Shown here: positions 46,956-56,709 of the stretch, one piece after another
Layout of the letters: every line of letters begins with the position of its first letter
Position numbering within the stretch: position 1 is the first letter of the stretch
Assembly (NCBI GenBank): GCA_029267955.1
Contig: JAJUHI010000001.1
Span: forward strand, 1 to 63,463
DNA: 63,463 nucleotides
Direction: 5' to 3'
From: Sporobacter termitidis
GTDB lineage: Bacteria; Bacillota; Clostridia; Oscillospirales; Oscillospiraceae
Translations under genes and position numbers: made by a program
The notes under the pieces: generated by a model
Seen by the model: the letters and a program-made list of their open reading frames with translations, nothing else
The model's database searches: none
What the model was told of the DNA's origin: nothing

Positions 46956-46982
46956 TTAATTTCATGTAAATTAAACCGATAA
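46956..46982 (+). promoter_or_regulatory. Putative sigma28 promoter of fliD operon
   Basis: TTAATTTC-N11-ACCGATAA. Confidence 0.55.
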
Positions 46983-47071
46983 ACATAGCAGGACGAAAAC
47001 GAGCCGAATTCGCCGGCCTGCCCCTGAAAGCGGATCGGGCGGGAAACGCGGCGGCGAAAGGAGTTGTTACG

Positions 47072-48637
47072 ATGGCAGTCAATTCTACCTCAAGCGCTAC
47101 GTCCAGTGCAAGCGCGCTTTATGGCAGCGCTTCCCGGATTACGGGCTTAATGTCCTCATTGGATACCGATACGCTTGTCAAAAACCTGACCTCCACAGCC
47201 CAGCTGAAAATCGACGCTGTCAAAAGAAGGCAGACCCGGCAGGAATGGTATAATGAAGCGCTCCAGAGCGTCAGAAGTGAAGTTAATGAATTTCTCAATA
47301 CATACATCAGTGTCACCGGTTCCTTCAGCATGCTCAAATCCTCGTCGTACGCCACATACAAGGCGGTGACGTCCAGCACCGCCAACGCCGTCACGGTGAC
47401 GGCGTCCGGCGCGGCCGAAGCGGGCGAAATTACGGTAAAAATACAGAGTCTGGCCCAAAACGCATCGGTGTCCAGCTCTGGGAAGGTGTCCAAAAAAGGC
47501 ACCGAAATCTCCGCCAACAACACCGTCACGCTGGACAAGCTGGACCTGGCCACGCCGCTTAAATTTGACGCCAACGGCAAAATTTCCTTCTCCATCAACG
47601 GAAAAGTCTTTGAATTTGGCAAGGACACGACGCTACAGAACATGATCAACACGATCAACACCGACGAGACGGCCGGCGTGACGATGAAATACAGCCGCCT
47701 GACCGACACCTTTACCATCACCGCTGATTCCGGCGGCGCCAACAGCGGCGTCAGCATCCAAAACATCTCCGGCAACGCCTTTGGGTCAACTGGCGCCTTT
47801 AAAATCGGCACCGGCACCTTTACGGAAGGCCGGAGCAATGCCGTGGCGGTCATCAACGGGGTCACCGTCACACGGGATACCAACGACTTTACGATTGACA
47901 ACATCAATTACAGCCTGAAAAAGGTCACCGCCGGCACGGACGAGGAAACGGTCAGCTTCCAGCTGGAGCGCGACTACAGCGCCACCGTGGAAAGCGTGAA
48001 GAAGTTTGTGGACGGATATAATACGCTCTATGAAAAGCTGCGGGCTCTTCTCACCGAGAAGGATTATTCGTCCAAATACCCGCCCTTGACCGACGCGCAG
48101 AAAAAGGAAATGAAGGACGAGGAAATCACGGCGTGGGAGAAAAAAGCCAAGAGCGGTCTCCTCCGCCGCAGCACCGAGCTTGAAAGTCTGCTCAGCAGCA
48201 TGCGAAATGCGTTTTCGTCCGCACTGGGCGGGTCCTCGAAGAACGCCTCGCAGATCGGCCTGAAGGTTGCCGGCTACTACGACGAAAACCCTGGCTCCAT
48301 CGTGCTGGACGAGGCTGCCCTGACCGAAGCGCTCAAGAAAAACGCCGACGAGGTCATCGGCATGTTTACAAACGGCAGCAGTACGGACCCGTCCGAGCAG
48401 CAGGGTCTCATGTACAAGCTCCGGTCCAGCATGACCACCTTTACAACCAATGTGAAGGATATCCTTAAAAGCGGTGAAACGAAAATCAAGTCCTACGATG
48501 AGGAAATTGACAAGCTGGAACTAAAGCTTGACGATCTGGCCGAACGGTACTACAAGAAGTTCGCCAACATGGAAACCGCCCTGTCAAAACTCAATTCCCA
48601 GGCGACCTACATCAGCCAAATGTTCAATTACGGCTGA
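47072..48637 (+). CDS. fliD: Flagellar filament cap protein FliD
   Basis: RITGL.S.LDTD.LV, KKFVD.YN, YPPLTD.QK.EM..EI..WE.KAKSGLL, RYYK.F..ME.ALSKLNSQ. Confidence 0.96.
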   Translation: MAVNSTSSATSSASALYGSASRITGLMSSLDTDTLVKNLTSTAQLKIDAVKRRQTRQEWYNEALQSVRSEVNEFLNTYISVTGSFSMLKSSSYATYKAVTSSTANAVTVTASGAAEAGEITVKIQSLAQNASVSSSGKVSKKGTEISANNTVTLDKLDLATPLKFDANGKISFSINGKVFEFGKDTTLQNMINTINTDETAGVTMKYSRLTDTFTITADSGGANSGVSIQNISGNAFGSTGAFKIGTGTFTEGRSNAVAVINGVTVTRDTNDFTIDNINYSLKKVTAGTDEETVSFQLERDYSATVESVKKFVDGYNTLYEKLRALLTEKDYSSKYPPLTDAQKKEMKDEEITAWEKKAKSGLLRRSTELESLLSSMRNAFSSALGGSSKNASQIGLKVAGYYDENPGSIVLDEAALTEALKKNADEVIGMFTNGSSTDPSEQQGLMYKLRSSMTTFTTNVKDILKSGETKIKSYDEEIDKLELKLDDLAERYYKKFANMETALSKLNSQATYISQMFNYG

Positions 48638-48709
48638 TCCCGCGCTCGTTTGACCGCGTGAGCCCGACAGACGCCTTAATACGCAAATAACGATGTGAGG
48701 TATCAAATT

Positions 48710-49117
48710 GTGGATTACAGAAAAGTAAATCTCAAGCAGGAATATTTGAAGCAGAGCGTCCTGACGGCAAGTCCCGCCGAGCTCATCGTGATGCTTTTCG
48801 ACGCCTGCATCAAGCAGCTGCGGCTGGCGGAAATCAGCCTGACGGACAACAAGAACCTTGACGCGACGAATAAACATCTGGTCCATGCCCAGGAGATCAT
48901 CTCCGAGCTGGTCAACTGCCTGGATATGTCCATCGACCTGTCTTCCCAGTTGCTTGAAATCTACAATTTCCTGCTGCGGACAATCCGCCAGATGAATATC
49001 AAAAAGGATCTGTCCCAGCTGCCGGACGTGCTGTCGATCTTAAGCTCCATGCGCGACACCTGGGAGACGATTTCCAAATCCTCCTATACCATCCACTCCG
49101 AGGTGAACGCCGGATGA
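48710..49117 (+). CDS. fliS: Flagellin chaperone FliS
   Basis: Y..QSVLTASPAEL.VML.D, AQEII.EL..LDM, RDTW; GTG start after GAGGT. Confidence 0.95.
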   Translation: MDYRKVNLKQEYLKQSVLTASPAELIVMLFDACIKQLRLAEISLTDNKNLDATNKHLVHAQEIISELVNCLDMSIDLSSQLLEIYNFLLRTIRQMNIKKDLSQLPDVLSILSSMRDTWETISKSSYTIHSEVNAG

Positions 49118-49566
49118 CCGCCGAAGCGGACAAGCACGTTAAGCTGCGGACGCTGATGGCGGCGGCGCTGGAAACCTGCCTTCAGCTGAAGGCCTTCAAC
49201 GAAGACAGCTATCAGGTGTTTCTCGGCGACGACGACGAAAAAATCCTGAACGCGGTGGACCGGCGCGAGGAAATCATCCAGCGGCTGATCGGCATTGAAA
49301 GCAAAATCGACCTCATTTTAGACGAAGCGGCCGAATATGACGGCGGGCGCCGCCTGCCCGAGGATGTCGATCAGCTCCGGCAGTCCGTCCGGCGCGTCCT
49401 GGACGATATCGGCGCCGGCGACATGGAAATCATGAAACTGGTCAGCAGCAGAATGCAAGCGTACAAAACGGAAACACTGAAAGCGCGCAACCGGAAGAAC
49501 ATTTCCGCTTATATCAGAACGCCGTATGCGGAGCAGTCCGGCGAGAGCGTCAATTTGGTGAAATGA
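49114..49566 (+). CDS. FliT/FlgN-like flagellar chaperone
   Basis: Helical protein after fliS with 'RREEII..L..I' pattern; assigned mainly by position. Confidence 0.6.
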   Translation: MTAEADKHVKLRTLMAAALETCLQLKAFNEDSYQVFLGDDDEKILNAVDRREEIIQRLIGIESKIDLILDEAAEYDGGRRLPEDVDQLRQSVRRVLDDIGAGDMEIMKLVSSRMQAYKTETLKARNRKNISAYIRTPYAEQSGESVNLVK

Positions 49567-49634
49567 CGCCCGGTCGCGGCCTGCAGGATTTCCGCAAGTT
49601 TTCTTTGCAGTGATACCGGGCAGAGGATGAACCA

Positions 49635-50084
49635 ATGGATATTGATAAAATCAAGCGTTCTCCATCCGGACCGCTGCCGGCAAAACCGGTCGGCGGAACC
49701 TCCGGCGGGTCCGCCGGCGGGAGCTTTCAGGGGCATCTGGGCAACCAGCTGAAGGAGCACTTCCGCCAACATGTCAATGAGCTGCTGGACAACCTGACCA
49801 GCCTGTCCGGCACGCTTTTGGATACAATCGATTTTGTCGCTTTTGAGAAATACCGGGACATGCTCCGGGAGCTGCTGTTCGGCATCTCCCGCAACGCATA
49901 CCTGCTGTACACCGAACGGGCCTTGGATACGGCGGGGCGGCAGCGGATATTTGAGTCCGTCAGCATCATTGACAAAAAGCTTGACGACCTGGCCAAGGAC
50001 GTCTTGAATCAAAACAGTGACAAGCTTGATTACATCAGCCGCGTCGATGAAATACGCGGCCTTATTCTGGACCTGCTGTTTTAA
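49635..50084 (+). CDS. YaaR/DUF327 family protein
   Basis: KYR.., IDKKL.DL, DEIRGLILDL C-terminal signature. Confidence 0.88.
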   Translation: MDIDKIKRSPSGPLPAKPVGGTSGGSAGGSFQGHLGNQLKEHFRQHVNELLDNLTSLSGTLLDTIDFVAFEKYRDMLRELLFGISRNAYLLYTERALDTAGRQRIFESVSIIDKKLDDLAKDVLNQNSDKLDYISRVDEIRGLILDLLF

Positions 50085-50088
50085 AACA

Positions 50089-50127
50089 AAAGAGATTTCG
50101 CAGCACAGCTGACGGCGGAATCTCTTT
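50089..50127 (+). terminator. Hairpin/terminator after yaaR-like gene
   Basis: AAAGAGATT...AATCTCTTT stem. Confidence 0.5.
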
Positions 50128-50206
50128 AATTTCGGCGGCGAGGCTTGATATTCCACAAAACCTGACAGCAGAATTTAACGAATATGTCGTAATTATCGGC
50201 ATTTTC

Positions 50207-50234
50207 TCAACACCAGAGTGAAAGCTGCCGATAT
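50207..50234 (+). promoter_or_regulatory. Putative sigma28 promoter of mcp-cheW-R-B
   Basis: TCAA-N16-GCCGATAT. Confidence 0.55.
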
Positions 50235-50306
50235 TTATATAAACTGGCGATCCCCGCAGATTCCCTTTCCCCGCGTTAGGACATCATTATAAGAGGTGCT
50301 GTTGTC

Positions 50307-51668
50307 ATGCGTAAGTGGTATCAAAACAAGTCCATTACAAGCAAGCTGGTCATCAGTTTCGCCACAGCGGGCGTTTTTGCCGTCCTCCTGTTCCTGCTGG
50401 CGCTCAGCGGCAATTTCGGCTTTGCCCTGCTCGAACCGCTGGCGGCGACAGTGGCGGCGGCTGTTCTTCTCGTTTTAACGGCCGGGGTTGCGTTCCTGAC
50501 CATCCGTTACTTCAAGAGGAACGTGGTGGGATACATCGCCGGACTGACCATCGGTCTGGACAAGCTGACGGACGGCAACCTGTCTTATTTCGACAACGAC
50601 GGCAATTACAATGCCGACAGCAAGGATGAGACGGAGCGCCTGGCCGCCGCCTTTGTCCGGCTTGTCGTCAGCTCCAGGGAAAAGGTTGCCGACGCAAACC
50701 AGATCGCCAGCGGCGATTTGACAACGCATATACATATCAAGTGCGACGAGGACGAGCTGGGCCAGGCGCTTTTGGATCTTGTCCACAACACCTACCGCAC
50801 GGTCAGCGCCATTGCGAAGGCCGCCGACCAGGTGGCGTCGGGCTCCAGCCTGGTGGCCGATTCCAGCCTGGCCCTGTCTCAGGGTGCCACGATGCAGGCC
50901 AGCTCCATTCAGCAGCTGACCGCTTCCTTAGCGGAGGTTTCCTCGCAGACAAACCTCAACGCGAAGAACGCCGAACGGGCCAACGAGCTGGCCCAGCAGG
51001 TGAAGGAGACGGCGCTCACCGGCGACGAGCAGATGCGCCAGATGCTGGCGGCCATGGACGAGATCAGCGAATCCTCGGCCAATATCAGCAAGATCATCAA
51101 GGTGATCGACGATATCGCCTTCCAAACAAATATCCTGGCCCTCAACGCCGCCGTGGAGGCCGCCCGGGCCGGTCAGCACGGCAAGGGCTTTGCCGTGGTG
51201 GCCGAAGAGGTCCGCAACCTGGCCAGCAAATCGGCCAACGCCGCCAAAGAGACGACCGAGCTGATCGAGGGCTCCTCCAGAAAGGTGGACGCGGGCACAA
51301 AGATTGCCAAAGCCACCGCGGAAGCGCTGGAGCGGATCGTAACCCAGATCAGCGCGGCCGCCGAAATTGTCAACGCCATCGCGGAGGCTTCAAACGAGCA
51401 GGCCCGGGCCATCGACGAGATCAACGGCGGCATCCAGCAGATATCCGAGGTTGTCCAGAGCAACGCGGCAACCAGCCAGGAGAGCGCCGCGGCCAGCGAA
51501 CAGCTGTCCAGCCAGGCCGAGCAGCTGCGGCAGACTGTCAGCGTCTTCAAGCTCAGACGGACAAAGCAGGAAGCCGCAAAACTTGCCGGCTCCGAAGCGC
51601 AGTCCACGGCCCGTCTCGCCGCGGGCGAGAAGGTTTCCCTCAGCCAGGGTGATTTCGGCAAATATTAA
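50307..51668 (+). CDS. Methyl-accepting chemotaxis protein
   Basis: Two N-terminal TMs, HAMP segments (DE..LA, DELGQ), [34 protein letters not shown]. Confidence 0.97.
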   Translation: MRKWYQNKSITSKLVISFATAGVFAVLLFLLALSGNFGFALLEPLAATVAAAVLLVLTAGVAFLTIRYFKRNVVGYIAGLTIGLDKLTDGNLSYFDNDGNYNADSKDETERLAAAFVRLVVSSREKVADANQIASGDLTTHIHIKCDEDELGQALLDLVHNTYRTVSAIAKAADQVASGSSLVADSSLALSQGATMQASSIQQLTASLAEVSSQTNLNAKNAERANELAQQVKETALTGDEQMRQMLAAMDEISESSANISKIIKVIDDIAFQTNILALNAAVEAARAGQHGKGFAVVAEEVRNLASKSANAAKETTELIEGSSRKVDAGTKIAKATAEALERIVTQISAAAEIVNAIAEASNEQARAIDEINGGIQQISEVVQSNAATSQESAAASEQLSSQAEQLRQTVSVFKLRRTKQEAAKLAGSEAQSTARLAAGEKVSLSQGDFGKY

Positions 51669-51772
51669 ATCCCGCGCCGCAGAGTGGCCGTATGCCCGCC
51701 CGGAACCTCTTTGTATTCCGGCAGGCGGCATAAAAACATAGACAAACCATGAATTAGGAGGATATACACAGC

Positions 51773-52258
51773 ATGAACGACCTGGTCATGAATATCGACA
51801 GCGTTGAAGATTCGCAAAAGGGCCGGTATCTGGCTTTTATGGTAGGCAACGAGGCTTTCGGCATCGAAATCAAGTACGTCACCGAGATCATCGGCATCCA
51901 AACCATCACCGAGATGCCCGAAATGCCGAACTTTGTCAAGGGAATCATCAATCTGCGCGGCAGGATTATCCCGCTGATTGACATCCGGCTCCGCTTCGGC
52001 AAGGAGCCGCGGGATTACGACGATCGGACCTGCGTGATTGTGGTGGACATCGAGGGCTTCTCCTACGGGCTGATTGTGGACAGCGTCTATGAGGTGCTGA
52101 CCATCCCGGACGAGGAGATTTCTCCGCTGCCCGGCATCAACACGGTTTCAGGCAACCGGTTTGTCAAAAACATCGGCAAAACAGCAAACGGTATCGTCCT
52201 CGTGGTGGACTGCGAGAAGCTTTTGACAGCCGACGAGATCGCTGAAATTACCTTATAA
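51773..52258 (+). CDS. cheW: Chemotaxis adaptor CheW
   Basis: YLAF, FGIEI.YV.EII, KGIINLRG.IIP.ID.R.RF, GLIVDSV.EV. Confidence 0.96.
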   Translation: MNDLVMNIDSVEDSQKGRYLAFMVGNEAFGIEIKYVTEIIGIQTITEMPEMPNFVKGIINLRGRIIPLIDIRLRFGKEPRDYDDRTCVIVVDIEGFSYGLIVDSVYEVLTIPDEEISPLPGINTVSGNRFVKNIGKTANGIVLVVDCEKLLTADEIAEITL

Positions 52259-52325
52259 ACATGCGCGACAATAAAGCCTGTCACCCCGCAGAAGGCAAAT
52301 CCGCAAGAAGATCGGAGTGTAGCGG

Positions 52326-53141
52326 ATGATCCAAATTACGGATAAAGAGTTCAGGCAAATTGCCGACTATGTCAAAGCCAATTACGGGATACATCTGAAG
52401 GATGAAAAAAAGGCTCTCGTCACCGGCCGGCTGCACGGGCTTCTGACACAGCATAATTTCAAGAGCTTTTCGGAATATTACGATTACGTTATCAACGATA
52501 AAACCGGCGAGGCCGCCGTCGCGCTCATCAATAAGATCACAACAAACCACACGTATTTCATGAGAGAGCCGGAGCATTTCAACTTCATGAAAAATCAGGT
52601 GCTCCCCTACCTGCGCGCCACCGTAAAAAGCCGCGACCTGCGCATTTGGAGCGCCGGCTGTTCCTCCGGCGAGGAACCCTACACGCTGGCCATGCTCATC
52701 GACGAGTTCTTTGGCGCGGAAAAGAAAAACTGGGACACGAAGATACTGGCTACCGACATCTCTCTGAAAGCGCTGGAAAAAGCAAAAAGAGGCGTCTACA
52801 CCAATAAGGAGCTGGAACAGCTGCCGCCTCTTTGGAAACAGAGCTACCTGACAAGAATCAGCCCCGAGGAAAGCATGTTCCGTGACAGTATCCGCAACGA
52901 GATCATTTTCAGGCGTTTTAACTTGATGGACAAGGTATTCTCCTTCAAGAAGAAATTCCATGTGATTTTCTGCCGGAATGTCATGATTTATTTCAACAAC
53001 GATACGAAGCACGAGCTCGTCTCCAAGTTCTACGACCTGACGGAGCCGGGCGGGTATCTCTTTATCGGGCATGCCGAGTCCTTAAACCGCGAGCAGACAA
53101 AATACAAATTTATCATGCCTGCTGTCTACAGAAAGGAATAA
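52326..53141 (+). CDS. cheR: Chemotaxis methyltransferase CheR
   Basis: ITTNHTYFMRE..HF, RIWSAGCSSGEEPYTLAM, ATDIS, IFCRNVMIYF, GHAESL. Confidence 0.97.
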   Translation: MIQITDKEFRQIADYVKANYGIHLKDEKKALVTGRLHGLLTQHNFKSFSEYYDYVINDKTGEAAVALINKITTNHTYFMREPEHFNFMKNQVLPYLRATVKSRDLRIWSAGCSSGEEPYTLAMLIDEFFGAEKKNWDTKILATDISLKALEKAKRGVYTNKELEQLPPLWKQSYLTRISPEESMFRDSIRNEIIFRRFNLMDKVFSFKKKFHVIFCRNVMIYFNNDTKHELVSKFYDLTEPGGYLFIGHAESLNREQTKYKFIMPAVYRKE

Positions 53142-53159
53142 AAGGAGGTCGCGCGCCCG

Positions 53160-54191
53160 ATGCCGCCAAAAAAAATCCGTGTGCTGATCGTCGATGACAG
53201 CGCACTGTTTCGAGGTGTTGTTGCCAAGGGCATCTCCGCCGATCCGAATATCGTGGTCGTCGCCACGGCGATAGACCCGTATGACGCAAAGGATAAAATC
53301 ATCGAAACCGCGCCGGACGTCATGATCTGCGACGTTGTCATGCCGAAGATGGACGGCATTGAATTCATCCGGCGGCTGCTGCCGCAGTATCCCCTGCGGG
53401 TCGTTGTCGTCAGCTCCGTCAGCGAGGCGGTGCTGGACGCCATCAATGCCGGCGCGGTGGATTTCGTCCTGAAACCGGATATGAACTCCGGCAGGTCCGC
53501 CAGCGTCTTCATCGCGGAGCTGATTGAGAAGATCAAAATCGCCGGCAACGCGCATATCCCCAGGCCGAAGCCCGCAAGGCCCCAGGGGCCGGCCCGCGCG
53601 GATTTAAAAACAAGCACGCCCTCAACGAAGCGCATTATTGCCATCGGCGCTTCCACCGGGGGCACCGAAGCGCTGTTTAACATTTTGAGCGCCATGCCCC
53701 CCGACATTCCGGGCGTGGTGGTGGTCCAGCACATACCGCCGGTCTTTTCCAGGATGTTTGCCGAAAGGCTGGACAAAGCGCTCCCGCTGCGCGTCAGCGA
53801 GGCGCAAAACGGCGATTTTGTGGAAAGGGGCCGCGTGCTGATTGCCCCCGGCGACAAGCATATGACCGTCAAAAAGCTCGGCGACAAGCTCCGGGTTGAG
53901 GTGAACGCCGGCGAAAAGGTCAGCGGCCACTGCCCCTCCGTGGATGTCTTGTTCAACAGCGTGGCCCAGGCCTGCGGGGCGGACGCCGTGGGCGTCATCC
54001 TGACGGGCATGGGCAGCGACGGCGCCAAGGGTCTTCTCTCCATGCGCAGCAAAGGCGCGCGGACGATCGGACAGGACGAGGCGTCGTCGGTGGTCTACGG
54101 CATGCCGAAGGTCGCCTTTGACATCGGCGCCGTGGACAAGCAGGTGCCGCTGGAGAACATCCCGCAGGCGATTATCAGCGCTCTGTCCTAG
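53160..54191 (+). CDS. cheB: Chemotaxis methylesterase CheB
   Basis: REC domain + GASTGG, QHIP, PSVDVLF, LTGMGSDGA.G, VVYGMP. Confidence 0.97.
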   Translation: MPPKKIRVLIVDDSALFRGVVAKGISADPNIVVVATAIDPYDAKDKIIETAPDVMICDVVMPKMDGIEFIRRLLPQYPLRVVVVSSVSEAVLDAINAGAVDFVLKPDMNSGRSASVFIAELIEKIKIAGNAHIPRPKPARPQGPARADLKTSTPSTKRIIAIGASTGGTEALFNILSAMPPDIPGVVVVQHIPPVFSRMFAERLDKALPLRVSEAQNGDFVERGRVLIAPGDKHMTVKKLGDKLRVEVNAGEKVSGHCPSVDVLFNSVAQACGADAVGVILTGMGSDGAKGLLSMRSKGARTIGQDEASSVVYGMPKVAFDIGAVDKQVPLENIPQAIISALS

Positions 54192-54279
54192 TTTAAAACG
54201 GGATACAAAAAAACAGGCCGCCCACGGGGCGAACCTTATCGGGGACGCCGCCTTGGGTGTCCCGCTTTTTTTATGCCGC

Positions 54280-54783
54280 TTACAGCCGGACGCCGGCGAT
54301 GTGCAGAAAACGCACCTTGACGTAGGCGTATGTATTCAGCGGCCTGTTGTCGCTGTCTGCGGTATGGGCGGCGATCAGGATATTGTCCGGGCGCGGCGCC
54401 GGGCCCGTGCTGACGATAACCGGCGAATGATGGAACCGGACGCCGTCAAAGGACAGCTGCACAAGGTCCCCCGGCTCCACGCTTTCAATCCCGGTTTCCA
54501 CGGCAAAGGGGCCCGGGTCCTCGGCGGACCGCACAAGGAAGTTGCGCAGGAATTCGACGCCGGTCCAGGAGGGCGACTTGCTGTTGGCATTTCTGTAATA
54601 CCAGCCCGTCACGGGGCGGTAATTCATCACCCCCGCGCCGGCGAAAATGCATTGGGAGGCAAAGTTTGTGCAATCGCCCCCCAGCCTGTCGTAATTGTAG
54701 AAGGCGGGATTTCTGGAGTAGGCCCAGCGGTGGGCGTATTCAACGGCCTTCCGGCGGTTGTACGGGCGGATGCTCCCTGGCAT
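54280..54783 (-). CDS. Putative amidase domain protein (Amidase_6/YhbB-like)
   Basis: YNR..AVEYA.RWA..RNP, GGDCTNFASQC, WYY, PGD.VQ, AAHT; AAGGAG RBS before ATG 54783. Confidence 0.88.
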   Translation of the reverse strand: MPGSIRPYNRRKAVEYAHRWAYSRNPAFYNYDRLGGDCTNFASQCIFAGAGVMNYRPVTGWYYRNANSKSPSWTGVEFLRNFLVRSAEDPGPFAVETGIESVEPGDLVQLSFDGVRFHHSPVIVSTGPAPRPDNILIAAHTADSDNRPLNTYAYVKVRFLHIAGVRL

Positions 54784-54891
54784 GACACCACTCCTTTCCG
54801 CGGCAGCCCATTCTATGCGCTTTCCGCGGGCGTCTTGTTTTGGCGCGCCGGATGATATACAATATACGCAGTAACTACCGGAGGTGTGCCC

Positions 54892-55569
54892 ATGAACACG
54901 GCTGAAACCGCCCGGCTTCTGTCCTCGCATTTTAAGGTCTGGCAGCACCTGACCAAGGCCGATCAGGACAGCATGGTAGAGCATACGACCCTGATGCGGT
55001 ATCCCAAGGGGACATGTATCCACAACGGCGATAACGACTGCAAGGGGCTCCTGCTGATTATCAGCGGCATGCTCCGGGTCTACATGCTGTCGGAAAACGG
55101 CAAGGATATCACCCTGTACCGCCTGGGTCCGGGCGACATGTGTATTCTCTCCGCATCCTGCGTCCTGTCCGAAATCACCTTTGACGTCCACATCGACGCG
55201 GAAAAGGACACCGAGCTGCTCTTAACCAGCGCGCCCTTTTTCCAGTCCCTCGTGGAGCGGAACATCTACGCCGAGTGCTTTGCCTACAAGCTGGCGGCGG
55301 ACAGGTTTTCAGACATCATGTGGGCCATGCAGCAAATACTGTTTATGAGCATGGACAAACGGCTGGCCATTTTCCTCTGGGATGAGCTGTCGAAATCCAG
55401 CGACGATACCATCCGCCTGACCCATGAGCAGGTGGCGCGGGACGTGGGTAGCGCCCGGGAGGTTGTCAGCCGGATGCTGAAGCATTTTTCCTCCGAGGGG
55501 ATTGTGGAACTCTCCCGCGGCGGCATCAAAATCATCGACAAGCAAAAGCTGCGGAAGCTGACGGCGTGA
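54892..55569 (+). CDS. Crp/Fnr family transcriptional regulator
   Basis: G.LRVY..SENGK.ITLYR..GD.C.LS, RLA.FL, THEQ.A..GSAREVVSRMLK HTH. Confidence 0.93.
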   Translation: MNTAETARLLSSHFKVWQHLTKADQDSMVEHTTLMRYPKGTCIHNGDNDCKGLLLIISGMLRVYMLSENGKDITLYRLGPGDMCILSASCVLSEITFDVHIDAEKDTELLLTSAPFFQSLVERNIYAECFAYKLAADRFSDIMWAMQQILFMSMDKRLAIFLWDELSKSSDDTIRLTHEQVARDVGSAREVVSRMLKHFSSEGIVELSRGGIKIIDKQKLRKLTA

Positions 55570-55601
55570 GACGAGGCGCGCTTTTAAGACGCATAGCCAC
55601 A

Positions 55602-55716
55602 CTCCCTCAAGAGGGAACTCCCTCCGTCATTTGCTGCGCAAATGCCACCTCCCTCGAGAGGGAGGCAAGAGGACGAGGTGTGTTGTGCGCGTAGGGGCAG
55701 CCCTATGTGGCTGCCC
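55602..55716. repeat. Cluster of REP-like palindromes
   Basis: CTCCCTC..GAGGGA hairpins around CATTTGC-T-GCGCAAATG; GTAG-GGGCAGCC-N6-GGCTGCCC at 55691-55716. Confidence 0.65.
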
Positions 55717-55779
55717 GGGTCCCCTGGCAGCGCGCTGAGGTCAAAGCGCCGTCAGGTGTTAGCCCGATATAGGCATAGC

Positions 55780-55814
55780 AAAAAGCGGCGGCGAGACTAG
55801 CTCGCCGCCGTTTC
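55780..55814. terminator. Bidirectional terminator
   Basis: AAAAGCGGCGGCGAG-acta-GCTCGCCGCCGTTT between convergent crp-like and trxA genes. Confidence 0.7.
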
Positions 55815-55890
55815 ATTCTATTAGACACATATACGTTGATAGCAGACACAAAGATGAGGTTTCAGAGTCCTGCGCCGGCAGGGCTTTTTG

Positions 55891-56202
55891 TCATACTTCC
55901 AGCATCCTGACAATGTCCTCCTTCGGGCGTACGCCGACGGCGGTCCTGACGACCTTGCCGTCCTTGACGACGGCCAGGGTGGGGATGCTCATCACGTTAA
56001 AGGCTTGCGCCAGCTCCGGCTGTTCGTCCACATTGATCTTGCCCACCTTGGCCGACGTCACCTCCCGGGCTACCTCGTCCACCACGGGCGACACCATCCG
56101 GCAGGGGCCGCACCAGGCCGCCCAGAAATCCAGCAGGACGGGCTTGTCGGAATTTATAACCTCTGTTTCGAAATTGTCTTTTGTTATGGTAAGCGCCGAC
56201 AT
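55891..56202 (-). CDS. trxA: Thioredoxin
   Basis: DFWAAWCGPCRM, KINVDE, MSIPTL. Confidence 0.97.
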   Translation of the reverse strand: MSALTITKDNFETEVINSDKPVLLDFWAAWCGPCRMVSPVVDEVAREVTSAKVGKINVDEQPELAQAFNVMSIPTLAVVKDGKVVRTAVGVRPKEDIVRMLEV

Positions 56203-56234
56203 GACAATCGCTCCTTTATCTGTTATTTGATTCT

Positions 56235-56275
56235 ATTATATCCCTTACGGCGGTATTTTCTGTGAGCAAATCACA
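56235..56275 (-). promoter_or_regulatory. Crp-like site and -10 element upstream of trxA
   Basis: TGTGA-gcaaa-TCACA (56261-56275), 20 nt upstream of minus-strand TATAAT (56235-56240). Confidence 0.55.
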
Positions 56276-56365
56276 TTTCCCGCCGGAGAAACGGCTTTGC
56301 TTCTTTTATTCTGCGCCCGTATGGGCAGACTATAAGCGTTACAATAACCCTGAAAGGAGCCACCA

Positions 56366-56554
56366 ATGAAAGCAACTGTCGAACCCGGCTGCATCAGCTG
56401 CGGCCTGTGCGTTTCAACATGTCCCGAAGTCTTCCGTCTGGGGTCGGACGGCCTTGCCGAAGCCTACGCCGAGGTAACGGAAAACCTTTTGGAAACCGCG
56501 CAGGAAGCACGGGACGGATGCCCCGTCTCCGTTATCACCATCGAAGGCGCGTAA
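56366..56554 (+). CDS. Monocluster ferredoxin
   Basis: CISCGLCVSTCPEVF...CPVSVI; GAAAGGAG RBS. Confidence 0.93.
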   Translation: MKATVEPGCISCGLCVSTCPEVFRLGSDGLAEAYAEVTENLLETAQEARDGCPVSVITIEGA

Positions 56555-56709
56555 GCCAAACAGGCCGCTGTATTGACCGATTTTATGCCGGTCGATATGG
56601 CGGTTATTTTTTTGCCGCAGCGCCGGCCCATACCCGCCCGCCTTTAGATGCCGGGAAGTGACACATCGTTTCCGAGCTGAATACATTGTTACAAGGCGAG
56701 GTGAAATCT

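Noticed and set aside
50193-50200. Perfect sigma28 -10 (GCCGATAA) on the minus strand, pointing antisense to yaaR
   Set aside because: No correctly spaced -35 element.
54784-55191. Long N-terminal extension of the amidase ORF
   Set aside because: Overlaps the Crp/Fnr gene on the opposite strand; a good RBS supports the start at 54783.
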